Source of the DNA: Raillietiella orientalis
Taxonomy: Eukaryota
Assembly: GCA_036172245.1 (NCBI GenBank)
Contig: JAYWIR010000041.1
Span: 186,001 to 250,000 of the forward strand
Direction: 5' to 3'
Length of the DNA: 64,000 nt
Shown: positions 28,500-41,892 of the stretch, one piece after another
Layout of the letters: the number at the start of each line of letters is the position of its first letter
Position numbering within the stretch: the first letter of the stretch is position 1
Notes under the pieces: generated by a model
Database searches by the model: none
Seen by the model: the letters and a program-made list of their open reading frames with translations, nothing else
Told to the model about the DNA's origin: nothing
Translations under genes and position numbers: made by a program

Positions 28500-30150
28500 A
28501 GGACGAAATCAGGAAGGCTGCCCTGAAACATCAGAAGTTCCAGTCGGCCTGAGCCGGGAGCAGACTCTAAGCCAAAACCAGAGCTAATGCTCCATCGAGA
28601 GGAAAAGGTAGTAGTCAACTCTACTGGACTTCTGTGTGCCCCTATGAGTATTCATCAACGGCGTTGGACGAGGCAAGACGGAAACGGAGAGCAAGGACCG
28701 AAGATTAAGTCTTTCAGCCATCTCTAAAGGACTTCCTTCGGCAGGAGGAGACACCACTGCAAGATCCCTAGAACTGGCATCGGGAAAATGATGAAGTGCA
28801 GAGATAACTGAAAATTACTATGATATATGCTCAGGACATTGAAGAGGGAAATGGTGTATCCGAGCATCCGATACCCTGGGATACGTATTAAAAGCATCGG
28901 ATAGGGTACGGTCTTCAATGAAGGCATCCTTGAGAACCAGAACCCCGCCATGACAATGAGCTGGAGACAACAGACAGATGGAGAAGATGACAGAAACTCT
29001 CTTTCCTTCATTTGTTTCTGTCCCTTTCTTTTTAACAAACATGTAATTAAGAAGAGGATTGTATTTTGGACTTTTGTATTCCAAAGAAAGAGAGAAAGCA
29101 ACAGATAAATCTACTTGTGCAGCATTCCAAAATGGCTGTTCCAGTTTATCAGAGCTAACGATCCTGGTTATCTGAGCCAGCGGCATTAGAGCACAAAGTA
29201 GAATCCTCATTTCATGCACGTGATTTTTCGTTCTCTCTCTCTTGCGACTCCGTATTGCCTCGGGGTAGCACAACAACCAGGCACATGCAATAATAACGGC
29301 TGGATCACTTTCGGCAGTCAAGGAGCCAGATAGGAAAGAAAATTCCCTCCTTGTAGCACTGATCTCGAAAACAAACGATTTTGATAAAGTGGCAGCCGTG
29401 CTCACAGCTCAAAGCAGGAAAAATGAAATCTAATTTCCTAACCTGCAAAGATGAAAGTTGGAGGAGAGACGGAAGATCCTTTGTTTCTGCTCTGGATGTG
29501 AGAGGAAAGAAAATGAATCTCCTTTCCCTGGGCACTGAAAAGACAGGTCTCGCCTCATGAAACGAAGGCATTTTAAATCTATGCACTGATAATCCTTTGA
29601 GCAATCCTGCTGTCTCATCTTTCTTCCGAAGGATGATGCACGTTGCAGTGAGGACCGGTTTAAACAACTACCGGTAATTCCGTTATGCATTTCGCTTTTT
29701 TGTTTTCCTTCTGTTTTTGTTTTTTGTTTTTTAAATTTATTCAGTAGAGAGGAAAACTTCCGATATGAGAATGGAACCTTCCTGCGCGCAGGACGCGGCA
29801 CACGTTGTTTCCATAATCTTCCAAACTCGCCTTCAGCTCGAGACTCGCTGTGGTTTGAATCTGCCAACTCAGAGAGGAAAGTGGTTCCAGTCCGCCACCA
29901 TGGCTCTTCAAGCTTGCCATTTCGTGCCTCTTGACTTCGTTTCACTCTTGTCCTTTCCGCACAATCAACTCCAACTGACCGCTGCTTCTGGAACACCACG
30001 CGAGCGCGCGACCTGCTCTTCGCTCCCGACAGCCGCCTCCCTAGCATGGCAGAGAGACGGAGTCCCTCCAGCTTCCGGAAGCATCCTTCCAGCTTCACTC
30101 GAATAATTTCGACGTTCGGGCGTCGCTGCCGACACGCATCCGCAGGCTGC
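28500..30150 (-). mobile_element. Ty3/Gypsy LTR retrotransposon gag-pol remnant
   Basis: Ordered minus-strand RT fragments: ITRIVSSDKLEQP, SLKTVPYPML...GYTISLFNVLSIYH and LKDLIFGPCSPF...VQR. A degenerate gag-like region lies upstream. Confidence 0.5.
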
Positions 30151-31299
30151 TCGCGCGAAAGCAAAGGTGGATGCCGATGAATTGCTGCTCAGCAAGTCTC
30201 CCCAACTTTTCAGCACAAAGAATTGTGCAAGAAGATCCAGAAAGCAGCGAACTCACAGATTACGAGTAAAGAGGACGGCATTTTTCTGACCTGCGGCTTG
30301 ATGCCCAGGGAACTCAGTGAGGAGCAAAGACGGAGGAAATGTGGAATGGATGCAGAATGTACTCATCTTGCGGTGAATCTTCAAGACATTCCAACGTGAG
30401 ATTTTCCTATCCAAGTTCTTGTGCTTCTCCGATGCCAACCGATAACTGAGGGAAGGATTGGCTGACGGAAATCTCTTCGTGAGAGTAGAGGAGCTGGCTG
30501 CAGGTTCAACCAATGTGAGCATAGCAGAAAATGTAATTCAGGCGCGTGAAAACAGCCAGAACAAAGCAATACCGTCTCTGTCTTCATCCTGTAGAATGTC
30601 CAACTAAGGACTGCAAAATATACAGAGACTCGAAAGTTGAAGTCAGAGGGTCCAGAGAGACATTCTCATCTTCTATTAATCTCTGTGTAAACGAACCGGT
30701 TCGTACGTACGTTGGTACACGAATAAATTACTCTAGGTCCCATGATTTACAGTTGATGTACGTATTCCCCAAAGTTCTTTCAAGGCTTTCGATATGAGGA
30801 AAAACTATTTTGGTCACTCTCACCTCCTTGTAGGAAAAAAGCCTCTTTTCAATTCTATAGTTTCTTTTCAATTCCTAGTTTCTTCTTCTGAGATGTCATC
30901 TCTGTGAGGCTAATTTCCTGTTCACTTGTTTTGAAATTTTCTTGAGGAGTTGTGCGAACTTTCCTGTGCTACATTTCTTTTCCGGCTGGCTTGAAGGACT
31001 GCGTGCAGTCTGTCCTTGGTGATCCCATCTATGAGATTCATGAGTTACCAATGAGTGCACTTTTCGCGAGTTCATGTCGGCACCAGTCCTGGCAGGTTTT
31101 CGACGATGCCCGACGTTCCGTTTCATCTTCCTGCAAAGTCTGCGTTCCCTGACCCTGCAGACGGCTACGCGTTTCAAAGCGAAATTGTAAGCGACAGCCT
31201 TCTATGAGAGATAGCCTGCCGACTCCGGTTTTCTCCCTCAGTGCCCGCCTACAACTTCGGTTTGTCTTTCGAAAATAATCTCGGGTCTTCTGAAGAGGC

Positions 31300-31950
31300 C
31301 ACAGATGATCAAGGGGCTATAATCGAGCCATGGCAACTGGGTGCGTTCATCCCAGCCAAAAGGATGCGAAGTGACGGGAACAGCACGTAACGTTTTGTCC
31401 GCTTCTGGCTGGGTCTGCTTTCTTCTTTTTTTTTTTTGACTTCTTAAATTTTCACGGATCATCTCTGCTGTCCAAATGCCAGAATTTTCCTTGAAAGATG
31501 AAGAAGCGGAAGAGGAAGAGGAGATCATAATCTTCCTCTTGATCCAATCTTGTTGACTTGATTTTCATGGTTCCCCCCCGATGGTAGACTGAGGAGCTTG
31601 ACCTCGTTTTCAGACCCGGGGGATGGCCGTCATAAATTATCACACCAAAGCCTTTCCTTCTGTGGCCTCTTCTGTTCGCGTAGATACGGGTCACAACAGT
31701 ATCGAAAGGAATGCGGAAAACAAAAGAGACCACATAAAGGAAGCAGTTCTCGTACAAGGAGGAGGTATTGATCTCCATAGGAGCACTAGCGTTAGGGTCT
31801 CTGGGAGCGTGGGACCCTAAGAACGACGAAGAGCTTGGAGAGCTCGAGGTCGATCTCTTCTGCTGAAGTATTCAATAAATTCATCAACAAGAACACCCCG
31901 ATGTAATATGTGCTCCAATGTACAACGTGCTGTCTGACATCAAAGCAGCA
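31300..31950 (+). mobile_element. Third NeSL/Utopia-like RLE 3' fragment
   Basis: LDLVF...IITPKPF and ALALGSLGAWDPKNDEEL (about 31782-31836) are the same motifs seen at 13550-13755. Confidence 0.65.
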
Positions 31951-34849
31951 CACGTGGATGGGAAGGCCGTGAGTTGATGAGGGCTGGATCTGCACACGCC
32001 TCCTATATTTTTGTTCCCATTCATTCCTCAGCTTGCTACGTTCCTCTAGCAGTTTTTCCGTTCTCTTCCCTCTTCTGCTTTCTTCATCCTCAATCTTCCC
32101 TTCAGTCTGTCCAATCGATTTGCTCCTGCTCTCAAGTCTTCATCTTCAGGCTCATTCGGCAAACCGTTTCCTGAACGGCGTGGCCTTGAACTAGAAAAAT
32201 GCTGCAGCAGTTTGCTGCTTCTAGATCTAGCGAAGTTGCTCGTGTCCTTCTCGGAATGCGCCTCCAGAAAGCGGAAGCTGGGATTCGGAGTGGTGCTAAT
32301 TAGGTTCCTGGAGATCCGCGCCCGCTCCCGAGGGAGGACCCGGAGCTCACCGTGATGGCGGCCGAATGCTCTGGCGCAGGAATCCTTGAAGGTCTCGGAC
32401 GTTGAATTTTTCTCGAGGGATTGCATCTGAGAGGGAATTCGCGTTTCTGCTGTGGGGAGCTGCTGCTCAGCGAGCAGCTCGGATCGCCTTCCTCCTCCTT
32501 CTCCCTGATCCTGGAAACAAAAAAAAAAACAAAAAAAGAAAAGGCCACAACGACTTGGGAGCGTCCCGGGATCTTATCCCTTCGAGGGGTCGACCGAGAA
32601 CCATCTCGCGATCCTCGCCACAGGCAACGGCAGTGTCCGTTCCCCGCAGTATGCAGGACGGGAAGCGAGGGACTCACTCCTTCCCCAGAATGCAAATGCA
32701 AGAAGAAACGTGGGCACCGAGCTCTTTAATTGCGATAATTGGATTCCGTGCCGGGCCTTTTCGGGATCGATCGATTCCCGGAGACTGTCCAAAAATCGAT
32801 ACTTTTCCAATTTCACGGTGAAAATGAGGGGGGGGGGGGGCGGAGAGGGGAGGAAACAAAAACATGCAAATACAAATTCCTCTAGTTGACGAGTTTCCGC
32901 GCGTGCATCTTGGAATCCAGGAGATGCCGATTCATCCTCGCAACACAGATCCCTGTCCAGACGCCGGCGCGGTGTCAGGGGGGTGAAGACCAAAGGAGGA
33001 CATCTTGTCACCAGAGACATGGAACCGGCAGAGTGAACTTCGACTTTTGGGAGCGAAAGCGTCGGGAATGACTTCCGGAAGATCAGAAGGTTTCTGTCTG
33101 AACCATTCCTCCGCGTACCGGAAGAGCAGCCTACGGCAAGTAAGACCAGCGAGATCCGGGCGCTGCGGCTACTCTCCCCCCGCCTTCCTCGCAGAGCGGC
33201 TCCCAGGAAGCACTCTTTAGCCACGACTGAGAGAAGAGGCCGTGTCCAAGAAGCGGCGGGATCCCAAGCAGCTCCTCCTGCAGCTTGGTTACCCTCGCTC
33301 AAAGATGAAGAGCTCTTCCCTCTCTAGCCTCCCTGCAGATGCAAACCGACTGATCAGTCCCCTCGAAGGTCGACCTTACTGAAGTCCAGGAAGCTCCTGA
33401 GGTGGAGAGGGGGATCACAAGCCACATCTCGTCCAAAAAAGCAGGAACCTGGGAGGCACATTCCTCGAAAGCTGGGAAGCTCGAAAGCTCCTCCTCCTTC
33501 TCCTCCTGTTACCCCGCCTCGTCATCCTCCTTCCAGTCTCGACCTTTTCCCGCGGCCGGAAATCCAGGTCTTTTTATTGACAGCTGCTGCAGACCAGGAA
33601 AGAAGGGGGACTGGAGGCGAGGAGGAAAAAAGAAAGAAAGAAGATCGGAGGGGGAAGGGAAAGAAATCGTCAAGGCGTGCGGCGGCCCCGAAGGACAAAG
33701 AGATCTCCCCCTTTCAGGAACGTCCGGGATAACGGAAAGAATCCCCAGTGAGTAGCAGGGAAAAGCGACCCTTGCATTTCCCTTGCTCCCGAGAGAGGAG
33801 CGTGGGTGCCCTTGCTCCTTGAACTCGAGGAGGGGTGACCTAGCTACGAGACACGCCTCCCTGTTTCCGTCCTGACCCTTTCCTGAAGTGTCCCGCTCGT
33901 CCCCTTTCCAGAGAAGCGTCAACGTGACGGAGCAGAATGCGAAGCCGTCCCGGGAAGGCCGGGAGAGCGCACGCAGCCCCGTTCCGAGCACCCCCGGGGA
34001 CCCCGACCTCAGTTCCACAAGAGTCTTTCTCTACTTCCCCTTCCATGAAACCAGCCATAAGAGCTCTTGCTTAATTTTGCAATTCCAGCTCCTGCCCTTC
34101 CCCTCTGACTTGCACAGGGAGTGCGCTCAGAAACAGTCCCTTCCCCTCCGCACACGGGGAGGGACGAAAACTTCCATTCTGCAGGTTCAGCGGGAGAGAC
34201 CGCTTTCTATTCGCGCTTTCCCAGATCACTCTCTCTAGCTCCCCACCTAGGATGCCCCCTAGATCCCTTGTACACGCCGCCTCGTCGGATGGAATCGGGG
34301 AGGCGGCTCGTCGGTGGACACTTCCCAAACCCGTTTTCAGGTTCTTCACCTTGAAAGAGGAAACTCGTTCCGGCGCAGAGTCCTTGGTTCTTGGAGCCTC
34401 TTTAACGTCTCTGCCCTATTCCCCTTCCCCCCCTTTCAAACCCCAATTCCCCATCCGTGTCCGTTGCAGGACCACGCACCCACCTTACAGTCCTACGAGT
34501 TCCTTCCACTCCCGCATGGCATCCCCTGGAGGCTTTCAACCTCATAGCTGCACGAAGAAAGGTGAAAGGTCGCGCCTTGCAATGGAAGCTCAAAGATGCC
34601 CCTCAGAAAGAAGGCAAAGAGGTGGCAGTAGCAGCAGAATTCGTTTCCACGCCCCTCCAGTGGGACGAAGCCAGGAAATGCGGAAAAGAGGACGAAGGCA
34701 GGGGAAGGAGCCTGCAGCCTCCCACCGAGCTGTGGCTCCTGCCAGAAGCAGCCCGGAGCGCCCGCGCGCCACGATCGGACTGAAGGAACAAAGGATGGGG
34801 GGAAGCGGTCGGTTTACGGGGAATCGGGATCGGAGCCCAGCCCGAGGTT

Positions 34850-36600
34850 GCTCTTGACCGGAAGGCTGACGCGCGCGCCCTGGCGGCGTCCCCACGCGCA
34901 CAGCAGTGGAGGCACCCATTCTTCTCCGGAAGTGGTCCATTTTAAGGAGACGCCGGATGGGCGCCCCTCGCACGCGGAACGGCACGATCGGGGCGAGTAA
35001 AGTCCGAGTGCCGGAGGGCTCTGGAAGCGCACCGTTGCAGTCCACGTGGGGCGCCTCGTGGCCCCTGCCTGCTTCGGGGCGAAGGACACGAGGAGGAAAA
35101 GAGGATGAGGAGGAGAGAATTTGCATCCTCCCACAATATCCCTCTGCTTCCCTTGCAGAACGCGAACTGTCAAAGATGCGCGACATCATACGGGGTTTGG
35201 TCAGCCGGTGGGAACCCAAGGAATGACGGCGTGAAACGAAAACGGGAAGGGCAGATGGCACCGACGGAAGCACGAGGAGAGAGTAGAATGCGAGTTTCGT
35301 ACGTCTCTTTTCTCGGAAGCAGCGAAAAGTGCAAACAAGAACACGCTTCTCCCTGCTTCGTGAATTTTTTTAGAATATCTTACAGCGTCCTGGAGACCGT
35401 GCCTCCCAGATCCGTGTTCGAACCATCTTCTCGATGGCAGACTGTCGGACGTCATGTATTTCATGAAGAGGCAGCTCCACATTTCATTACGAGAGGGAAT
35501 CTTGCCAACCGGGAACTTCCCGAGCTCCACCGCTTGTCGGCTCGTTCTGGCTTCCCACCCTAAGATCCTCCAGCAGCACGACGGGCGAAGCTGGAAGCGC
35601 GATCGATCTGTCAAGGAGGCTGAGAACTACTTTTTGGTCGCTCTTATTGCTGGAGAACTCTGGAGATCTGATGGAACGATCTGGCGATTGGCAGTGCGCG
35701 AGCCAGGAGGATGCAGGCAGTGCCAAAACCGAGATCATGGGTGAGATGTCTTTGCAGACCGAACAGGATATCTCTGGGCCAAGTAAGGTCTTACTGGACG
35801 TCATTTATAAGACAGAGAGGAAAAGGGTGGAGACACATGCCTCTGCAAAACTGAATTCTCCCGATCATCATTTTTTTCTCCTTCCCCCTTTTTATTCTCA
35901 GCTTTCGTTCGGAATCCACGAAGAACCTTCCTGCAAAGCGAGTTTTCCTCAACGCATGCTCCTGATCGGATGAAACGAGACCCCATGATCGCAGGGGAGG
36001 TAAGCGTGCCGTGCACCATTTTGGTGGGGAAGACAAGCAAAGCAAAGACGGAGATTTCACTTTTCCTGTCATTCGCTTGCAAGATTCTGAAGCTTGCTTG
36101 CACGGTGGATGCTCGAACCACCGGCTCCATTCGATGCTCTGGAGAAGGCAGTCGCTTGGCGCAGGTCATCGGAAGAATTCAAACCCGATGTAGTATCAGA
36201 ACCATCGAAACACAACCACTTTTTGTAAATCGGGGGTGATTTTGTGTAAAACTTTTCGAGCTAGTCCCACCAGCATCTCGAACAAACATGGGAACCCCCG
36301 TCAGGGGACACTGAGATGTGAGTTACTCCAAGAACATGCAAACCACTTCACCCTCCCCATCATCTGAAGCAAGAAAGGAATTGAGGCTCGGGAACGAGAT
36401 GTGATATGCAGGTGCGTCCGCTACTCTTCAAAAATCCACGGATAGATCCAGTGATTCCGACCTCTTGGGCCTGTCAGCAACGGTTCAGCCGCCTTCAGTA
36501 GTACAACCTCTCAGCAACCGAGGACAACTTTCCAACAAGAGCGAGGAAAACTGCTAGCTTTCTTGTTCGAGGGGATGCTTAATACGGAAACTTAAGATCG
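34850..36600 (-). mobile_element. Decayed R2-like retrotransposon (RT, thumb, CCHC)
   Basis: SQCPLTG-like read near 36300, GLNSSDDL (about 36162-36185, at the YADD position), then a degenerate HV..C...RH knuckle near 35000-35060. Confidence 0.4.
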
Positions 36601-37199
36601 CATTTAATTTGTTATATACGCTTAATAACCGAGAAAAAACAGGCGTCTGGGAAAAAGAAGTCTATTCACGTACATGGAACGGAATTTCAGCCTCAGGTGA
36701 TTAAGCTTAATAAAACACATCTCGGAACCTCTAATAACCTCGAACTTTCTAAAATCCATGATAGCAAAACACCACTGCAAGTTCTTTGATTTGAGAACAA
36801 CGAAAAGTGTGCGAAACGAAAAAAACATTTCTGCAATTCATAGAGCATTCCAGAAATACTAGACATTTCTTGTACCTTTACCGTTCTGAGTTGGCACTAA
36901 TTTGCGTAAGCCTTCATTTGTGCAACCAGTCCGAGAATTTTCAGCCATTCGCTTGTTGTCATTGAACTATATAAGCTCTACGATTCGACCAGAATCTTTG
37001 TGTATTCATTCTCAGTTGAAAGCACTGGTTTTAATTGGGTTTGAACTAACATCTGAATACTTCTGAAAACAGATCCATCCTGAAATCACAATGAAAAGTA
37101 AACCCAAGCTCATGGAACAAATTCAGCCCTATTTCAACTAGATGCCATACCTCTGTATTCTGAATTCTAGAATTAAGGATTTACCTGATTTTGGTACAT

Positions 37200-39560
37200 T
37201 TTTGTCCTGCGTGGACAAAGGTCACGACGCGCTTTGATGGCATCGGTACGCCCATGTGATGGAAACGATCTGCACACGCTGTCGTTTCAGAATTTACTCA
37301 GAGGATATGAAACTGTACATGTAGGACTGTGCCGACCATGGACTGATGCTTCCCACTGTACTAAAGTGGGAGATTGGTTTATGAGGTATAAACGAGTGAC
37401 AAAAAATACGCTCGTTTTCCTTTTGTCCTTTCGAATAATGCAAACCACTATCCCATTTGATTCTCCGAGCACCACGCAATTCTCCACGATACTACTCTAA
37501 AACTGTGAGATATATCTTTTACATTGTACTTCATCTTACTTCATCACGTATCCGATACAAACAGATCAGCATACAAATCGATGAAAACTGACAAAATGAA
37601 TGTGCAGCATTAACCAAGTGGACATGATGGATGTTTCCCGTACCTACTGGACCCTAAGTAGCGCATGTCTGTTGCCGCCGGACTCACGGACTTTTTGTAG
37701 AAGAGAATAATCACCACCAAGCTGTTTGAAGTCAGATAACCCATTTAATGGATCAATAACCAATAACCGTCTAATAGACAATAAACCGATTGCTGAAAGA
37801 CGATCGGCACAGTTACTTCATATCTACATTCGTATTAAAAATGTAGAAAACAAACAAGGATTCAAATTTCATTTAACGATACAGTTGCATGCAAGACGAA
37901 TATGGTCACAACGAAGACGCCCGAAAAAAGGACTGGAAAAATGAACGGAAACACGTTAAGCTGATTCGGGATTCTCAGCTCTGCAGACTTTTTAAAAAGC
38001 AATCCACAGCCATTCTGGACATCCTGGAAGCAGAAAACCCTAAAGTAATGTTTAAGAACGTGCGATATCTTTAAAAAATCAGCTGCCTCGTCATCCGCCA
38101 ATAATCAGCCTTAGCGACTTCACGCTCCAAGTGACCCAAAAACACTAAAATCTTAAAAAAGGATATGTTTTTTATTACTGTGATTCCAATGCATGCTAAC
38201 AAGACAAAAAGAATTAGGATGACACTCAAAACTTCGAAGTGCTGTTTCTCATCCGGGTGCGCCGGGGCGTTTATACCTAAACTATCCAGGAACAGAGTTC
38301 CTGGACAAAGGACACAGAAGAAACGAATGGGGGGGATCCCCGACACGCAGGTCGGTAAACCGAAAGTCCGGAACGGGAGGGAGGGGACCACAAATACACT
38401 TATAAAAAATAGGAATAAAGATCTGGGGAGGGTAGGGGACAGGGGTCTTTGGTTTGGCCGTTCCTTTCCTTCAGAACCGGCTATGGATGCCGGTGATCTC
38501 TCTCCTAACGCCCTCTGGAAGATGGGCCCACTCGGCAGCCGACGTCATGTTCTCGCCGACTATTCCGGCGGGCTGACGAAGAATCGCCAGCTTCTCCAGC
38601 TCTCGGTGGGCCTTGTCGATGGCGCGGGTGCAACAGACCGTTGCGATGACAGCACCTAAGGACAGGCCGCCTGGCGTGAAGAAGCGGCGCATCGAATCCT
38701 TTGCGGTGTCCCCCTGGAGCAGGAGAGCTGAGGCCAGCCTCCGCCACAGTCCTTGAAGGACACTGCAGTCCAAGAGCAGGTGCGGGAGCGTTTCCACTTC
38801 CCCGCACCGTTTACAGTTTGGGGAGGCAACTCCCCCGGAAACACGGTTCGTCCGCTGGTTGGAGTGAAAACCCGAATGCACCAGCATGATGACGTCCTGT
38901 TTCCAGCTCAAAGGAAACACAGAAGTGTTCAAACAGGGGGGAGGGACCACAAGTTCTCCGGGAGACACACTCAAAAGCTCGCTCGCTCCACCGAAGGAGT
39001 CCCTTCGGGATGTGGCATTACCTTCGAAATGCTGTGTGAAAACTTCAAAGTTCATAAAAACGCATTGAGAATAGTTCAAAAGCTGGAAGGAAAAAGTTGT
39101 TGCTTCAATTTTCAAACGGATGGAGTGTGATTTTAAAAACCCTGCTGATTAATCCACTGGAATAATCATTGCAAATTAAATAATTTATTTTATCTCTCTT
39201 AAACCTCATTTGTATTTTTCGTGTATTTCAAATTTGGGGGTGGAGGGGGGAAGGCAATAAGACGTACGTTTTTTTTCTTCTTTATTCTAGGTCTGCGTGC
39301 ATGATACCTAATTAAACCTTATACCGACCTTTGTTTCCTATGATATAAAAGTCATTCCTTGAAAGAAACTCAGGTCAGTCTTGTAAGAAATCTAAGGCAA
39401 AACAAAAACAGTGGAATTTTGCAATTGAATCGAAGACGCAGTGGAATGTCCGTAAAGATTGCACTCTGGATAACGACCACAGCATTTTCTTCTCATTTCA
39501 TTAGAATTCAGTTTGCGTGGAGACTTACAAAACGAAATATCAAGAACATAGAGGTAAAAT
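37200..39560 (+). mobile_element. R4/Dong-like RLE retrotransposon remnant, interrupted by a younger Tx1-like copy
   Basis: IYSEDMKLY (about 37292-37320) and MQDE...DSQLCRL (37889-37990) lie left of the insertion. MLCENFKV...FNFQTD (39029-39121) and KQKQWNFAIESKTQWNV (about 39398-39450) lie right of it. Confidence 0.4.
38165..39030 (-). mobile_element. 5'-truncated L1/Tx1-like retrotransposon 3' end (zf-RVT), relatively intact
   Basis: An open frame to the stop at 38471 contains SPNCKRCGEVETLPHLLLDCSVLQGLW (CX2CX7HX4C). A 3' UTR follows, ending in AATAAA and an A-rich tract near 38168-38176. Confidence 0.8.
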
Positions 39561-41281
39561 TGTGACAGGCGAAAAATAGAAGGAAACAGTCAAAGAAAGA
39601 ACAACAAACTTTGAAATGCAGGTGCTGTAGGCAGCAATAGTTAGTTGAAAATAATACAAAATTACAAAATCAGCAAAATTTTCAAATAGAAAATTATTTG
39701 TGGAAACTGGTCAGAATATCGACAAAATAAATAATATTCTCCATAAAAAGATGGAGGTATCTGCAGAAATCTGTGATGAAAAAGACACTGAAACTTATAT
39801 CAATTGTTTCCGTGCCGATTTTTTTTCCTTGATATGTAAACAGCTTTGAATTTCTGGGGTTTCCATGCTCGAGATGTCCTCCTCTTCTAATATTTAGCCT
39901 CACTTGAATGAAATCAGCACATTTTTTTTTTTTTTACGAGCATGAAAAAGATCTAACGGGCAGGCATTAGTATGTTAGTATGTGTACACGCTTCGGCTGT
40001 ACACATACGAACGGGCAAAACTGCGTTCCATTTCCCAGCCTAAGCAAATAGCAATTTGAGATGTCCAAGTGAAGTTTCTCCGAACCGCCTCCAAAGGAGC
40101 ACTCATTCAGAAGACAAGTAATTAGGTTTGCACTACAAACAAGTTAATTCAAACAGGCATTCAAAGCAACAAATAAAACTAATCAATTATTTATTTAATG
40201 ATTCTTATCCATCGACTCCCAATGAATTTCATAAAATCCAATTCCTCAAAGGCTCTTTTATTCTGCTTCTGACCTAAATTACATCTGACTTTTTGAAACA
40301 GCTAGTGCACATTCAAGCAAATAACATAATTTGTATTTTTGTGTTCATAGTTTTTAATTTAACTAAGAATAATGTTCGATTACATTAAGGTCTTTTTTCA
40401 TCAGCTCCATTAGAAGTTTTTATTGTGTAAATGCTCACATTTTTTTCTTGATTCTATGAACTTGTTAATTGGAGTTTGCTGAGTGTTTTTGTTTTACAAT
40501 GTGAAGGTAGAATGAACAATGAGGCAAATCTTACCCTAGAAATTAATTAACATTTATTATAAACATTATGAACAGCTTCTTGGTGTATTAAATAATAATG
40601 TTTTATGAAAATTTTATTTTTTTGTAAATCAATAAAAGTAAATGCAAATACATTTCAGACAACAGAACTTGAGATTTGAGCTTTATTAATCTACAATTTG
40701 GGGGGAGGTAACATAATCATGTATGTATTTAGATAAAACAAATAATGAATATTATCAACCTCACTTACATTTAACATAATTTACTGCAAACAGCTCAAGA
40801 GATGAAAACGACAATTACTTGAACACATACTTTTCATTCACATATCTTTAAAAAAAATCTCTGGAAACCCACAAAAGACTGAAACTCATTCCAGACAAAC
40901 ATGTAACTCCACTGAGTTCAACTTTTCAATGTACTTTGGATTGTTCAAATCAAATTTTTATAAATGTACTCCTGAGCATACAATTAACAAACGTAAGCTG
41001 GTTTATATGTTTTAAGTAAGTATGACATACATATAGTATGATTCACTTACTACCTGTACTGTTCACAGCTGTCTATGAAAATCAGCTGGATGAATCGATA
41101 ACAACTTTTTACAAACTAAATTAACACTAAGATTCACTAACAGTTTAAACTCGAAAGATAAAATATTTTTGTATCTCTATTATACATATGTCACCATCAT
41201 CCCCTGCCATTGAAATAAAAGAATTCACAGAACTGAAACTTTAAAAAGCATATACAAGAAATACATTAACAAGCTTTGTAA

Positions 41282-41892
41282 TCAAATTGCTAGTCCAAAT
41301 ACTGATACTATGCAATACATAGTTTTGTTTTCCCAGCGAACTGTGCAACTGCCATCTGTGCTATTGTCCCAGTAGCAAGAACTAGCAGTATGCAAACCTG
41401 CACCATTCTTCTGCATAATGATACATGTCACTATGAACTCAAATAAATTACATGACACATGTTTTCAAGCTTACCTATATACTTATATGGCTTTTGAAGC
41501 TTGGTTAAATTTCCTAAACATGCTTCCACAACACCACTAGTCCACTGACTTACTTTGCTTGAATGATAAGCATTCCCTCCTACTGTACTTTCAATACATT
41601 CTTTAATTATAGTACTCACTTCATCCACAACAAACTGGGTCTACAAAAATTCACAACTTCAAAATGAATGTGCAACTACAAAGCATACACTAATGTATTC
41701 AGGTCATTGCGAAATTATTTGTGAAATAAAGCCTTGATTTAGTAACTAATTTCTTGGCTTTGAAATTTGCCTCCACGTTAGATACAACGGAATCATTTAC
41801 GAATTTACTTTCATATAGTGAATTTTGCATGTGCTATTCTACATGTGCATTCTTAGTACTACTACCTCTTCACCAGTTGGAGGATCGGCCAT
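41282..41892 (-). CDS. DYNLT1: Dynein light chain Tctex-type 1; 3 exons (41866-41892, 41475-41640, 41282-41430), 113 aa
   Basis: Spliced translation is [113 protein letters not shown]. Introns are GT-AG and the frame is consistent. Confidence 0.97.

Noticed and set aside
32400..34850. Several long GC-rich ORFs on both strands
   Set aside because: No coherent domain is present, only faint zinc-finger-like traces. Long ORFs are expected by chance at this GC content.
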